The notes under the pieces are model-generated. The model saw only the letters and a list, made by a program, of their open reading frames with translations. It was not told the DNA's origin and did not search any database. 64,000 nt of DNA from a virus (Duplodnaviria; Caudoviricetes). Where the stretch lies: the IMG/VR virus record IMGVR_UViG_3300026549_000050, positions 32,001 through 96,000 of that record. One strand, written 5' to 3'. Shown here one piece after another: positions 45,460 through 55,529 of this stretch (position 1 is its first letter; every line of letters begins with the position of its first letter). Made by a program: the position numbers and the translations under genes.

Positions 45460-47214
45460 TTAAAACCCCAATGTATTGTCTTCAATTTGATAGTTAGATA
45501 TGAAGATTTGGCTGGTATAATTACCCATCCACTCATTTAAATTTGCTCTACCAACTACCTCCAATTTTACCTCGTTAAATTTATCAAGTTCAGCAATCAT
45601 ATCTTTTGCATGGAATTTCATATAAGCAATTCCGAATTTTTCTATTTTAATTGTGTCTTGATTTTTACCCATAATTCTAATATCATTTTTAGTTATATTA
45701 ATATCTTTTATGTGAATTAAAGGCTCTGGATTACCCTGTCCCCAAAGATTTTCGTGTAAAGCGATATTCATAATTAAATCTTCAAGGTCTGTATCCGCTG
45801 CGATGCGTTCAAAGTTTACTTCATATGAGGACTCACCAAAATCTACATCAGCTAGTTCCTTATTGGCATATTCGTGAAAAGCTCCTAAGTTTTTATCATA
45901 TATGCCAATTCCACAAGCATTATCGTGTCCTGCGGTAAAGGTAAAGAAACCACTCTTATCCATAAAGTCTTTAAAAGAAGTAAGTTCAGATTCGTTAAGT
46001 CCACGACTTGAGCCTTTAATTTCTCCCTCATCGTTTAGTCTGGCTACAATAGTTGGTTTTTGATATTTTGCCGCGAGCTTCATAGCACAAAGTCCATTGA
46101 GTTCAGGTGGGAAATCCTCATCATCAAGTCTGACAAATAAAATTTTATTTTCAAGCAAATTATATTTATGTATCTTAATTTCTAATGTTTCAACCGCTTT
46201 ATCAAGTATTCTATTTTGCTTAGCTCTTGCGTTGGTACACTCTCGCGCAGACTCGATAGCAAGTTCCTCCATAGTTCCTTTAGCACCACGCTTGTTGCTC
46301 GGTACCATTTTGTGTCCATCTATAAAAGCTTCAAAACATCTGTATTTTTCGTCTTCGGCGCCGGCGCGAATCATAGCATTAATGAGCGGAGTTATATAGA
46401 AAGCTACTGTTATTGGAGTAACCTTGTCACCCATTGAAAACGATTGTTTTTCGCATAGGGCTTTGAAGAAATAGTTATTTATATTTTTAAAACCAGTGTG
46501 AACGATATACCGATTTTCAAGAGAAAGCATAGACATCATATCACTAACTATACCAAGTGCCGCGAGGTCGATATATTCATTTGCATAGTCTGTGCCATAG
46601 AAGTTATCCATATATCTACAGAACTGCCAAGTAACTCCTGCACCACAAAGGTCTTTATTTTTATATTCTGGAGAAAGTTGGTTATTAATGATTACTGCGT
46701 GGTCTGAGAACTTGGTATCAGGTTCGACAATATGATGGTCTAAAATTAGACATTTTACGCCGTCAGCGCCCAAGCGTTCGATATATTCATAATCATTACT
46801 TCCGGCATCGGGGATTACGACATATTTGATATTGTGTCCTTTATCAATTAAGGCATATATCTTTTCAATTGTATCTGACAAACCATGACCTTTTCCATCG
46901 TGTAGAATATAATCAAATTGTACTTTACTATTTTGTTTACGCATATACTGTACGAAAATAGATGCAGAAGTGAAACCGTCTACGTCACTGTCTGCTATTA
47001 CAACTATATAGTCATTTTCAGTTAATAGAACTACCATTTCATCAAACATTTGTGCGCCTTTTTCAATATGGTCTAAAAGTTTTGGATTTTGTAAGGCACT
47101 ATCGTCTGGTACGTTAAGGAAATAGTTTAGTTCATCTTGGGTAAGTCCACGCTCCATTAAAAGTTCGTTTGTATAGTTTTCTCTTATATCTTTATTCACT
47201 AATTTGGTCTTCAT
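45460..47214 (-). CDS. recJ: RecJ-like ssDNA exonuclease (DHH family)
   Basis: DSDVDG, ILDHH, LCGAGV, SD, PLINA, GSSR and AGHDNACG motifs. Confidence 0.9.
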   Translation of the reverse strand: MKTKLVNKDIRENYTNELLMERGLTQDELNYFLNVPDDSALQNPKLLDHIEKGAQMFDEMVVLLTENDYIVVIADSDVDGFTSASIFVQYMRKQNSKVQFDYILHDGKGHGLSDTIEKIYALIDKGHNIKYVVIPDAGSNDYEYIERLGADGVKCLILDHHIVEPDTKFSDHAVIINNQLSPEYKNKDLCGAGVTWQFCRYMDNFYGTDYANEYIDLAALGIVSDMMSMLSLENRYIVHTGFKNINNYFFKALCEKQSFSMGDKVTPITVAFYITPLINAMIRAGAEDEKYRCFEAFIDGHKMVPSNKRGAKGTMEELAIESARECTNARAKQNRILDKAVETLEIKIHKYNLLENKILFVRLDDEDFPPELNGLCAMKLAAKYQKPTIVARLNDEGEIKGSSRGLNESELTSFKDFMDKSGFFTFTAGHDNACGIGIYDKNLGAFHEYANKELADVDFGESSYEVNFERIAADTDLEDLIMNIALHENLWGQGNPEPLIHIKDINITKNDIRIMGKNQDTIKIEKFGIAYMKFHAKDMIAELDKFNEVKLEVVGRANLNEWMGNYTSQIFISNYQIEDNTLGF

Positions 47215-47374
47215 TAATTTTCTCCTTTATTTTAATTAAAGTATCTAATATATCATAAATTGAACGCGCCATCATATAGATAAATCTATCTTGCCAAATA
47301 TCGCATCTTTCTGCAGTGCGTTCAAGTATTTCTTCCATATATTCTTTGTCTTCTAATAATCTTTCTCTAGTCAT
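47192..47374 (-). CDS. Hypothetical protein
   Basis: Coupled ORF between primase and recJ. Confidence 0.55.
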   Translation of the reverse strand: MTRERLLEDKEYMEEILERTAERCDIWQDRFIYMMARSIYDILDTLIKIKEKINEDQISE

Positions 47375-48421
47375 CTATCTTATTTTTACCCTCCTATTAT
47401 AGAGTTTCCAAAAGACATCTGGACCCTTATCGGTAGGGCTGTCTTTTAACTCTAATAAATCTTCTCTATCGTATATAAATGAGAAATCAGCATAGGTTGA
47501 ATACTTTTTTCCCATTTGATATAGCTTGTTAAAATAATCTTCTTTACCAGGCTCTTCCTCTTTATCAAAGCAAATTACGATCTCTCGCGGATGCGCTGTT
47601 TGCATTAGAAGTTTCAAAGCGTGTTTGTTGAACTGGCTTCCGCATACTGCGGCAGAGCAGTTTGCGAAATCCCAGCCTTCCATTTGAAGCACAGACTTCT
47701 CTGCTTCGACCAAAAAACAAACACCCGTTCGTTTAATGTTTTCTTTAGTCCAATTTAGACCATATAGATTTAATGAAAGCGGATGGCTATACCATTTACC
47801 TTCAATTTGTACTGGAAGATATTTTCCTACGTTTTCAACCTCCCATTCGTTGAGGGCGCGCCCTCGAATACCAACAAGTTCTCCATCTGGATTATAGTGA
47901 GGTATTATGATTTTGTTTTGCGGTGGCGAATAGCGTATGTTAAATTTATCCATAGTCTTTTTTGTAATACCGTCGTTTAACCATTCTTTAGGATAGAACT
48001 TAGTAAAACATTCTATTAGTCCGTTTGGATATGTTGGTAATTTTACACGCTCGGGCGCCCTATACATATCACGTACACGTTGATACTTATTCGGCGCGAA
48101 GCCTTCGTTTGGTTTAAAGTTACTACAGTCAAGAATGACTTTATATATATCTTGATACCAGTCATAGTCAATATTCCGGTTGGTGTAATAGGTCTTGAGA
48201 AAGGTAAAGATATTCATCACGCCTTCCTCTGTATAGCACATAAACATATGACTATTGAAATAATAATATAGTTTTAAGCTTCCACCTTCTTCATTATGGC
48301 ATATGGTATTTGTAATAAAATATCCTGGTTTTTCAATTACTTCTTCTGCACCAAGCGCATATAATAATTCTTTTATTTTTTCAGGTTGTAATTCTTCAAT
48401 AATAGTTTTATAATCAATCAA
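47375..48421 (-). CDS. DNA primase (DnaG-like, TOPRIM)
   Basis: N-terminal CH...C Zn site, IIIPH...VGIRGR, LYGLN, LVEAEKS, CFDKE. Confidence 0.8.
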   Translation of the reverse strand: MIDYKTIIEELQPEKIKELLYALGAEEVIEKPGYFITNTICHNEEGGSLKLYYYFNSHMFMCYTEEGVMNIFTFLKTYYTNRNIDYDWYQDIYKVILDCSNFKPNEGFAPNKYQRVRDMYRAPERVKLPTYPNGLIECFTKFYPKEWLNDGITKKTMDKFNIRYSPPQNKIIIPHYNPDGELVGIRGRALNEWEVENVGKYLPVQIEGKWYSHPLSLNLYGLNWTKENIKRTGVCFLVEAEKSVLQMEGWDFANCSAAVCGSQFNKHALKLLMQTAHPREIVICFDKEEEPGKEDYFNKLYQMGKKYSTYADFSFIYDREDLLELKDSPTDKGPDVFWKLYNRRVKIR

Positions 48422-49988
48422 CTATTTCACCATTATTTAACCTTTCTATAATTACTTTTAGATGTTCATCTTCATGCTCATCCCAACTTTTAATTTTATA
48501 TTCGTCTCGTTCATTAAAACCTTCAATCGGGTCCATTCGAGAATCTGTTATGAATAAATCTCTCTTTTTAAGTGTGCCTAAATTCATATCAGACCAAATA
48601 CGAACTTGCGTCCATTCGCCACTTCTGACTTTAAATATATCAGTTACTAAATTAGGTTTATTCTCTGGTTTATTCTCGTAAAGTGGCTCTAATATCTCTA
48701 ATTCTTCTTTTGTTGGTCGCGCCATTATCGCACCATTATCTGCTTTATTAATTGTACTACGACCTCCCGCCAAAGCTCCTTCATTTCGTATGTCTTTGTT
48801 TTCATCACCTTTTGCATTTAACTGTGTTGATGTAAACATTGCTACATCTAATTCAACAGCTAAGTCTTTTAATGCAGTTGCAAACATTAATAATACTTCA
48901 TCATTTCTTAAAGCAAAACCTCTAAACTCATTTAACAATGACGGACCGATGAATACATAGTCATAAAATACATAACCTATATCGTGTATAATACAATTCT
49001 CTCTTACAATTGTTTTAACCGATTCAATTGTTGGGTTCGGCATTTTAACTAAAATTAAGTTTTCAGAAAACTTTTCCATCAAATGAATAGCTTGAGTTAT
49101 TACTGCTCTTTCTCTATCGGAGAAATCTGCATATTTAAATCTACTTCTATTTATATCAGTTAAATAAGCCAATATCATTAGTCTAACTTCTTTAAATCTT
49201 TGCTCTGTTACGATGAATAAAACTTTTTCGCTATTTCCCTCTTGTTCCCACTCACAAGTTGTAGAGTTATATCTAAAAGGATAAGCCAAATAACAAGCAT
49301 CAGCTATTGCGTTAGAAGTTTTACCTACACCACTCGCGGCGGAACGTATAGTTAAAGTTCCTTTTTTAGCACCATCAATAACCTGGTTAAAAATAGAACC
49401 TTGTATTGATACTCCTATTTCGTAGGCGGCGCCGAGTTGACCAATCAACTCTTCCATTTTCTCTGCGGCGGATTCAACTTCTATTTCATCTGTAGTTTGA
49501 TACTTGGCTTCAACGCCTAAAAGTTTCTTTCTAACCGTATCAGTTATTTGTTTCGGACTTAAGAAGTTAAAGTTTTCATTTATTTCTTGAGCCTTTGGAT
49601 TAGTTAAATCTTCACAATAAAACTCGCCTATATCAAAACCTTGATGTTGAAGGTCTTTTAATAGGTTAAACATTTTAAATCTATTATAATAGAAGTCAAA
49701 GTTATCAACTTCTGATAATTCAATTATATCTTGTAAGTATTCAATACCATTTTTATCTTTAAAGACTTTCGCAGAAACTTGGTCTGCCTCTAAAAAGTTC
49801 TCTATATCTATAGGTTGTATCTTGGTTGCGCCGTTGCGATACAAACCATTAATCGCCATATATATAGAACGTTCAAATCTTGTTGGAAAGTCAGTTAAAA
49901 TAAAAGAATACTTATCAATTTCACTTAATATCTGCGGTCGTTTCATTAGACAACCGAGTATTTGTTGAGTATCTCTTTTATCAATCAT
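48414..49988 (-). CDS. Replicative DnaB-like helicase
   Basis: Walker A SGVGKT, FYDYV, STQLN, KAD, KVR; next to primase. Confidence 0.85.
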   Translation of the reverse strand: MIDKRDTQQILGCLMKRPQILSEIDKYSFILTDFPTRFERSIYMAINGLYRNGATKIQPIDIENFLEADQVSAKVFKDKNGIEYLQDIIELSEVDNFDFYYNRFKMFNLLKDLQHQGFDIGEFYCEDLTNPKAQEINENFNFLSPKQITDTVRKKLLGVEAKYQTTDEIEVESAAEKMEELIGQLGAAYEIGVSIQGSIFNQVIDGAKKGTLTIRSAASGVGKTSNAIADACYLAYPFRYNSTTCEWEQEGNSEKVLFIVTEQRFKEVRLMILAYLTDINRSRFKYADFSDRERAVITQAIHLMEKFSENLILVKMPNPTIESVKTIVRENCIIHDIGYVFYDYVFIGPSLLNEFRGFALRNDEVLLMFATALKDLAVELDVAMFTSTQLNAKGDENKDIRNEGALAGGRSTINKADNGAIMARPTKEELEILEPLYENKPENKPNLVTDIFKVRSGEWTQVRIWSDMNLGTLKKRDLFITDSRMDPIEGFNERDEYKIKSWDEHEDEHLKVIIERLNNGEIVD

Positions 49989-50509
49989 TCATCGTCCTCT
50001 AAATCATCTAATGCACTAAAATCCACTTCAAACTTACGAGGTTTAATATCTTCTTTTTTAACTATTTGTTGTTTTCTCTCTGCGGCGGCGCGCATCTGAT
50101 ATTCAATCTCGTTAACAACACCTTTGCTTTCTTTTTCTCTTAAAGCCCAATAAGTACAGGACTCATTATATATATAAGGGATAATTCCAAAACCGCCATG
50201 TCCCTTATCCCAATCTCCATGCTTAATTTCATAAAAATATTTTAACGCAAAAAAGATGCCTTTATTCGTCATTTTGTGTTCTTTCACAAATTTCTCCCTC
50301 TGTGCTTCACACATATGGTAGTTGTATGAAACTTTGAGGTCGCGCGAGATAAAGTCATATATATATGCTTTATATTCGTTATCAGTAGCCGGAGTTGCCT
50401 TTTTCCAGTCTTGATAACATTTTCTGTGATAATACCAGTTTGTTACTGGCTTCACCCAATCATCGTGTTTTTTATCAATTTCTATATCGCAAATTCTACA
50501 CTTCGCCAT
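49985..50509 (-). CDS. Hypothetical Zn-binding protein upstream of the helicase
   Basis: CRIC...HRKC; own promoter. Confidence 0.6.
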   Translation of the reverse strand: MAKCRICDIEIDKKHDDWVKPVTNWYYHRKCYQDWKKATPATDNEYKAYIYDFISRDLKVSYNYHMCEAQREKFVKEHKMTNKGIFFALKYFYEIKHGDWDKGHGGFGIIPYIYNESCTYWALREKESKGVVNEIEYQMRAAAERKQQIVKKEDIKPRKFEVDFSALDDLEDDE

Positions 50510-50601
50510 TTAAAACTCCTTTCTATTCCTTTCTTATATTATAACAGAATTTGTAGAATTTGTCAAATTTAAAAGAGTAGGCTTAACCTACTCTTTTACA
50601 T

Positions 50602-51576
50602 TTATTTAACCATATCTCTCATATCTAATACAACTAATTGCATTAAATCAACTTGGTCTTCTGTTATTTCGCTAAGCTTTATTTTTCTACCAAAAATCAT
50701 TTCAACTTTCTTGAGAATCTTATCTGCATTAGTGGCATCATCGTTTACTAATTTTGCCCACAGTTTAGATGCTTCATCTCTTACTGTTTCAAAATCTAAC
50801 TGTTCTTCAATAGATTGTTCCTCTTTTTCTACAACAGTTGCTCCATCAAGTTTCTCGCTTTGTTCAATTGCCGCGACAATTGCATCAACCAGTTCTTGAT
50901 AGCCAAATTTAATTTTTGGTGCGAGATATTTAAAACGACTTCCCGCCATTACGGTAGGAGTTTTACGAGTATAAAGCCAGCGTTCTGCATTACCTTCTTC
51001 ATCCCAAGTTATATCTATATATCCAATAATATCTACCAATTGGTTAACTATATCATAAGCTCTTTTTGGGATAGCAGGTCCTAGTATTTCTACTTCCGAA
51101 TCATCGGCTCTTTTTTCTACTCTTTTCTCAACGTGAGCAATTATAACAAGTCCATATCCTAATTGAGTAATTCTTCTTAAGCAAGATTCAAACTCTCTCT
51201 TGGTAGCTGCATAACCACCACCCCAAGGGATATCACCGACACTCTGTACGCCATTTTGCGCGCAGATATATTGCTCACATAAGTCCCAAGCAATACCTAC
51301 TGTATCAATTGTAATTGTATTATATTTTTCTTGAGCTTCAGGTTTCTCAAGCTGACGTAATATCAATTTTAAATCAGTCCATTTCTTTATGTCAACAGCC
51401 ATCGCTCCAGAAATAGCGTTCCATCCGTGCTCAAATCCAAGCAATAGATTTTTCGGAAACTGACAAGCAAGGGAAGTCTTGCCTACTTTCGGTAATGAAT
51501 ATAGACATACAAACTTCCCTCGTAAGTCTCTGGAAATTACAGATGGCTCTAAGTTTAGAATATCAATTCCTGCCAT
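50602..51576 (-). CDS. AAA-family ATPase, Sak4-like recombination protein
   Basis: PKVGKTS Walker A, ITIDT Walker B, IIAH; follows the SSB-like gene. Confidence 0.75.
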   Translation of the reverse strand: MAGIDILNLEPSVISRDLRGKFVCLYSLPKVGKTSLACQFPKNLLLGFEHGWNAISGAMAVDIKKWTDLKLILRQLEKPEAQEKYNTITIDTVGIAWDLCEQYICAQNGVQSVGDIPWGGGYAATKREFESCLRRITQLGYGLVIIAHVEKRVEKRADDSEVEILGPAIPKRAYDIVNQLVDIIGYIDITWDEEGNAERWLYTRKTPTVMAGSRFKYLAPKIKFGYQELVDAIVAAIEQSEKLDGATVVEKEEQSIEEQLDFETVRDEASKLWAKLVNDDATNADKILKKVEMIFGRKIKLSEITEDQVDLMQLVVLDMRDMVK

Positions 51577-51591
51577 AGAGCCTACCTCCTA

Positions 51592-52506
51592 TTAAAATCC
51601 GAGGTCTGCAAAACCGTTCTTTGTATCTGCAGAAGGTGCTGCCTTTGTTGCAGCGCGAGACATATCTCTATCCTTTTGCTTTTCAAGAGTTTCCTTTCTT
51701 GCGGCGAGTGCGGTCTGAATCTCTGCATTATCATAAGCAAAGTCGCCGTCAAGAGGCTCTTGCGAACCTCCAGTTATGATGAGGTCGCTTCTATTGATAG
51801 TTCTTGTCTTTTCGATTGGCTCACCGAAGTCAACTTCCTCGATAATTGTCTCAGTTGTAGCTGAGAAGTCAAGTCTACCATTAGCCTTTACTGTATCACC
51901 AACTTCCCAATATGTAGATACTGCGCTGATAACACTCTCACTCTGTGCATAGAATGGAACTACATCAACTCTGCCACCGTACTGTGGAATGACGGCGTCA
52001 ATTCTATATCTACCAGTTGGCTCACCATCTCTATTAAGCTCTTCATTCTTTGCAGCAACTACCATCTCAGTTGTGAAAGTAGCCTCTGGCTTGCACTCTG
52101 TCGCACCAATTTTTGTAACGAATGAAGCATTAATTCTTGGGAAAGAAACGAGTCTTCCGTCTGCGCTATAATACTCGTTCATGCGGATGTTTCCGCTTGT
52201 AATTCTAACTCTATCTGCACCAGCCTCTCCACCAGCGGCCGCGATTGATACATAATCATCAGCTACTTTCTTGATGGACTCGTAAGCTGGGTTAGGTGTT
52301 CCTTTGTTTGTCAGCTTTGAAGCAAACATATGAACTGGAATTGACAGTTCCTTTTCTTCTCCGCTAATTTTCTGAGTAACCTTAACGATAATAGAACCTC
52401 CAATGGACTCTACCTCCTTACCGTCTTTCATAAAAGAACCTGGCTTAAGGTCGATTTCTGCAAGGATACCTTCAATCTTTACTTTGTTTTCTGCTTGTCT
52501 TAACAT
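51592..52506 (-). CDS. Putative single-stranded DNA-binding protein
   Basis: Two OB-like halves (ENKVKIEG..., GDTVKANG), C-terminal DLGF tail, highly expressed codon style. Confidence 0.6.
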   Translation of the reverse strand: MLRQAENKVKIEGILAEIDLKPGSFMKDGKEVESIGGSIIVKVTQKISGEEKELSIPVHMFASKLTNKGTPNPAYESIKKVADDYVSIAAAGGEAGADRVRITSGNIRMNEYYSADGRLVSFPRINASFVTKIGATECKPEATFTTEMVVAAKNEELNRDGEPTGRYRIDAVIPQYGGRVDVVPFYAQSESVISAVSTYWEVGDTVKANGRLDFSATTETIIEEVDFGEPIEKTRTINRSDLIITGGSQEPLDGDFAYDNAEIQTALAARKETLEKQKDRDMSRAATKAAPSADTKNGFADLGF

Positions 52507-52593
52507 ATAATTTTCTCCTGTTTGTTAGTTCTGTTTAATTAGTTTTGTTTAAAGAATAATAAGTGGAGGGTTAAAATTAACCCTCCTTATTAA

Positions 52594-52845
52594 TTACTCC
52601 TCGTCCTCGCTTGGAACAAATGTCATACCCTCGTCAGTAAGAGCTACATAAGTTACAGGCTTGTCAGCGCCTTCAACCTCTACCTTCTCTCTGATAGCGA
52701 GACCCTTCTTTGTGAGGTCAGTTACGTTAGCACCAACGCTTCTCTCACTTCTGTCAAGTGCCTGTGCAAGCTCAGGAATGGAAACCTTTCCACCGTTACC
52801 CTTTACATACTCAAATACTTCGTTTGATTTCTCTGTAAGCTTCAT
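52594..52845 (-). CDS. Small winged-helix DNA-binding protein
   Basis: VSIPELAQALDRSERSVGANVTDLTKKGL...YVALTDEG. Confidence 0.7.
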   Translation of the reverse strand: MKLTEKSNEVFEYVKGNGGKVSIPELAQALDRSERSVGANVTDLTKKGLAIREKVEVEGADKPVTYVALTDEGMTFVPSEDEE

Positions 52846-52974
52846 AATTCTTTTTTCTCCTTGTAATTAATTAAAATGTTTGTTATGAGTTGGAAAGTTT
52901 TATTTCTTCAAAACTTTCTATATATATTATATCAAATTTTGAGAGTAAACTCAAATTTTCACATCTAAATTTTC

Positions 52975-55326
52975 TTAAAAAATTAACAGTCCGACCACCT
53001 TAGAATTTGAAAGTTTAATTGACTTTGTACCTTGCGCCCCTTTGGATAGTAGATTTACTTCGTTTAAGTTGATTTTTATCTGCGCATTGGAAGCAACTAC
53101 GATAACTTCCTGTTCGTTAAGTAGTGGATTGAAGGAAATTAATCTGTCGTCGGTATCTTTAAGAGCGTGGATTTTACTTCCTTTAGTTCCACGTCCTGTG
53201 ACGGTAAACTCTTTCGCAGCAGTTCGTTTTATATATCCCTTTTCGCTTATGCTTAGAAATTCTTTAGTATCTTTTGGTATAGCCCGTGCTTCAACTAAAG
53301 AGTCTCCATCATTAAGGGTTATTCCCTTAACTCCCCTTGCTACTCGTCCAATCGGACGAATATCCTTTGTTTCACAAATTACGAACTGGCCGCGCGCCGT
53401 CAACATACCAACTCGCTCTTCATCTACAAAAAGAATTGACACAATTTCATCGTCGTTATCAAGATTTAGAGCCTTAACACCACCTTTGCGTTTGGTGTTA
53501 TACTCTGAAAGTCTACTCTTTTTTAAAATACCTTTTTTCGTGAAAAAGATTATGTGTTCTTTTTGGTTCTTTTTGTTTAAGAAAACGAGTTCTTCAATTT
53601 TTTCGTCTGAGCTGGTTTCGGCTATACTTTCGATTGGGATTACCTCTTCAAAAGGAAGGTCGGATGCGGTGATACTGAAACAATTGCCTTTATTTGAAAA
53701 CAACAGAACTGTATCGAGATTAGTTCCCGATGCAGTAGCAATTACATATTCACCTTTGCTCATTTTGAATTTGTTTCCTACCCCACCGCGTCTTTGAGTA
53801 TAAAGAGTTGATGTGGTGGTAACGTATAGGTTATTTTGGTTTGACAGATTAATTAAAAGTTCCTGCTTTTCAGTAGGTTCTTCTTCATCTGTTGCGATGT
53901 TGAGAATTTGAGTTCTACGTGCGTCGCCAAATTTGTTAGCCACTTCACGCCAACCGTTGATTAGCTCTTGGTTGAATAACTCTTCATTTCTAATTATATT
54001 ATAGATAAAATCTCTTTCTTTTTCAAGTTTTGATTTTTCAGATTTTAACTTTTCTACTTCAAGGTGTGCCAAACGCGATAGCTTCATATCGAGAATGGCT
54101 TTAGTTTGTACGTCAGTAAGTTTGTACTCGGCGGCCAGTCGCTCGCGCGCCTTCAACGGAGACTCCGAAGATTTGATTATACGGACTACTTCGTCGATAT
54201 TTGCGAGACAGATTAGAAGTCCTTCAAGAATATGGAGGCGGTCTTCGATTTTTTTAATGTCAAATTCGAAGCCACGCATATATACTTCTTTTTCGTGGTC
54301 GATGTGCGCTTGGAGCATTTCTTTCCAAGTGAAGACTTTTGGAAAGCGACCTTTATCTAACATTGTAAAGTTAATTCCGTAGTGAGACTCAAGTGAAGTA
54401 TTTTGGTAGAGATACTTGAGGACTTTGTTTGGATTAGCTTTTTTAGTTAGGTAGATTTTAATTAGTGGAGTTTTTCCAGTGAGGTCGTTAAAACGGTCTA
54501 CGCCTGGATTTTCTTCACTATTTATTATATCTTCTAATTGACCGCAGATTGTATTGGTGTAAACTGAGTATGGTATTTCAGTTACTACAAAACAATTGTC
54601 TTTTTTATCGTATTCGACTACGCTTCTTAATTTACAAGCAAAACCAGTACCGTGTTTCATAGCATCTTTAACGGTATTTTCGTTTAATAATACTGCACCT
54701 GTAGCAAAATCTGGGGCGATGTAGATGTCTTCGAAATCACAGTCTGGATGGAGAAGAAGATATTCTAACTTCTCATTCATTTCTTTTAAATTATACTGTG
54801 GTATGGAGCAAGCCATACCGATGCCAATTCCTGTACTACCGTTACAAATGTTGTAATAACCTTTTGTTGGTAGAACCGCTGGGTATTGTTTTGTATTGTC
54901 ATAACTATCGCGCCATTCTTCTATTGTGTCTTTATTTATATCTGTAAAAAGAATGTTTGATAATTTAGAAAGTCTACTTTCTGTATAACGCATCGCGGCC
55001 CAGTTGCCAGATTCGATGAGTGAACCAGCATTACCTTTTACGTCAATTAGTGGATAACGCATAGCAAATGGCTGTCCCGCACGCATTATAACACCTTCAC
55101 ACGAGCTGTCTCCGTGAATGTAGAAGTCTGCCATAGCCATACCAACGGCGTTGGCGGTTTTCTTATATGGCTTATCGCTTGTTAGTTTATTTAAAAGCAT
55201 TGAATAGAATATTTGACGTGCGGAGGGTTTTAAACCATCGCGCACATCAACGAGGGCGCGGTTTTGAAGAACTGCACCAGCGTATTGTACGAAACTATCT
55301 TCTATAATTGGTTTTAATTTACTCAT
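52975..55326 (-). CDS. gyrA: Type IIA topoisomerase/DNA gyrase subunit A
   Basis: DVRDGLKP, HGD, AAMRYTE catalytic Tyr, QRRGGVG GyrA-box-like motif, beta-pinwheel repeats. Confidence 0.9.
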   Translation of the reverse strand: MSKLKPIIEDSFVQYAGAVLQNRALVDVRDGLKPSARQIFYSMLLNKLTSDKPYKKTANAVGMAMADFYIHGDSSCEGVIMRAGQPFAMRYPLIDVKGNAGSLIESGNWAAMRYTESRLSKLSNILFTDINKDTIEEWRDSYDNTKQYPAVLPTKGYYNICNGSTGIGIGMACSIPQYNLKEMNEKLEYLLLHPDCDFEDIYIAPDFATGAVLLNENTVKDAMKHGTGFACKLRSVVEYDKKDNCFVVTEIPYSVYTNTICGQLEDIINSEENPGVDRFNDLTGKTPLIKIYLTKKANPNKVLKYLYQNTSLESHYGINFTMLDKGRFPKVFTWKEMLQAHIDHEKEVYMRGFEFDIKKIEDRLHILEGLLICLANIDEVVRIIKSSESPLKARERLAAEYKLTDVQTKAILDMKLSRLAHLEVEKLKSEKSKLEKERDFIYNIIRNEELFNQELINGWREVANKFGDARRTQILNIATDEEEPTEKQELLINLSNQNNLYVTTTSTLYTQRRGGVGNKFKMSKGEYVIATASGTNLDTVLLFSNKGNCFSITASDLPFEEVIPIESIAETSSDEKIEELVFLNKKNQKEHIIFFTKKGILKKSRLSEYNTKRKGGVKALNLDNDDEIVSILFVDEERVGMLTARGQFVICETKDIRPIGRVARGVKGITLNDGDSLVEARAIPKDTKEFLSISEKGYIKRTAAKEFTVTGRGTKGSKIHALKDTDDRLISFNPLLNEQEVIVVASNAQIKINLNEVNLLSKGAQGTKSIKLSNSKVVGLLIF

Positions 55327-55528
55327 ATAATTGATTTCCCTCGCTATTAAAATATCCTATAATTTTCTCTGGTTTTTCATGAGTACGTTTATGTAAGGCT
55401 TTTTTAATACCCCAATAAGTGAAGGCTATATCTTTAAGCCACCATTCATTCCATCTTTCATCATACTCACGCAGTTCATACATCCCATTTTTTTTAGCGA
55501 TTTTATAAGTTGCTGGTTGATATCCCAT
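55319..55528 (-). CDS. Hypothetical protein between gyrB and gyrA
   Basis: Coupled to both neighbours. Confidence 0.6.
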   Translation of the reverse strand: MGYQPATYKIAKKNGMYELREYDERWNEWWLKDIAFTYWGIKKALHKRTHEKPEKIIGYFNSEGNQLYE

Positions 55529-55529
55529 A

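Noticed and set aside
47586-47597. 12-nt match between unit D cargo (CGCGGATGCGCT) and the primase gene, suggesting antisense targeting
   Set aside because: A few 12-mer matches are expected by chance when several hundred nt of cargo are compared with 64 kb on both strands.
53042-53797. 251-aa plus-strand ORF, and similar antisense ORFs inside terL, the capsid, tape measure, dnaE and recJ genes
   Set aside because: They lie opposite well-supported genes and are consistent with codon-bias shadow frames.
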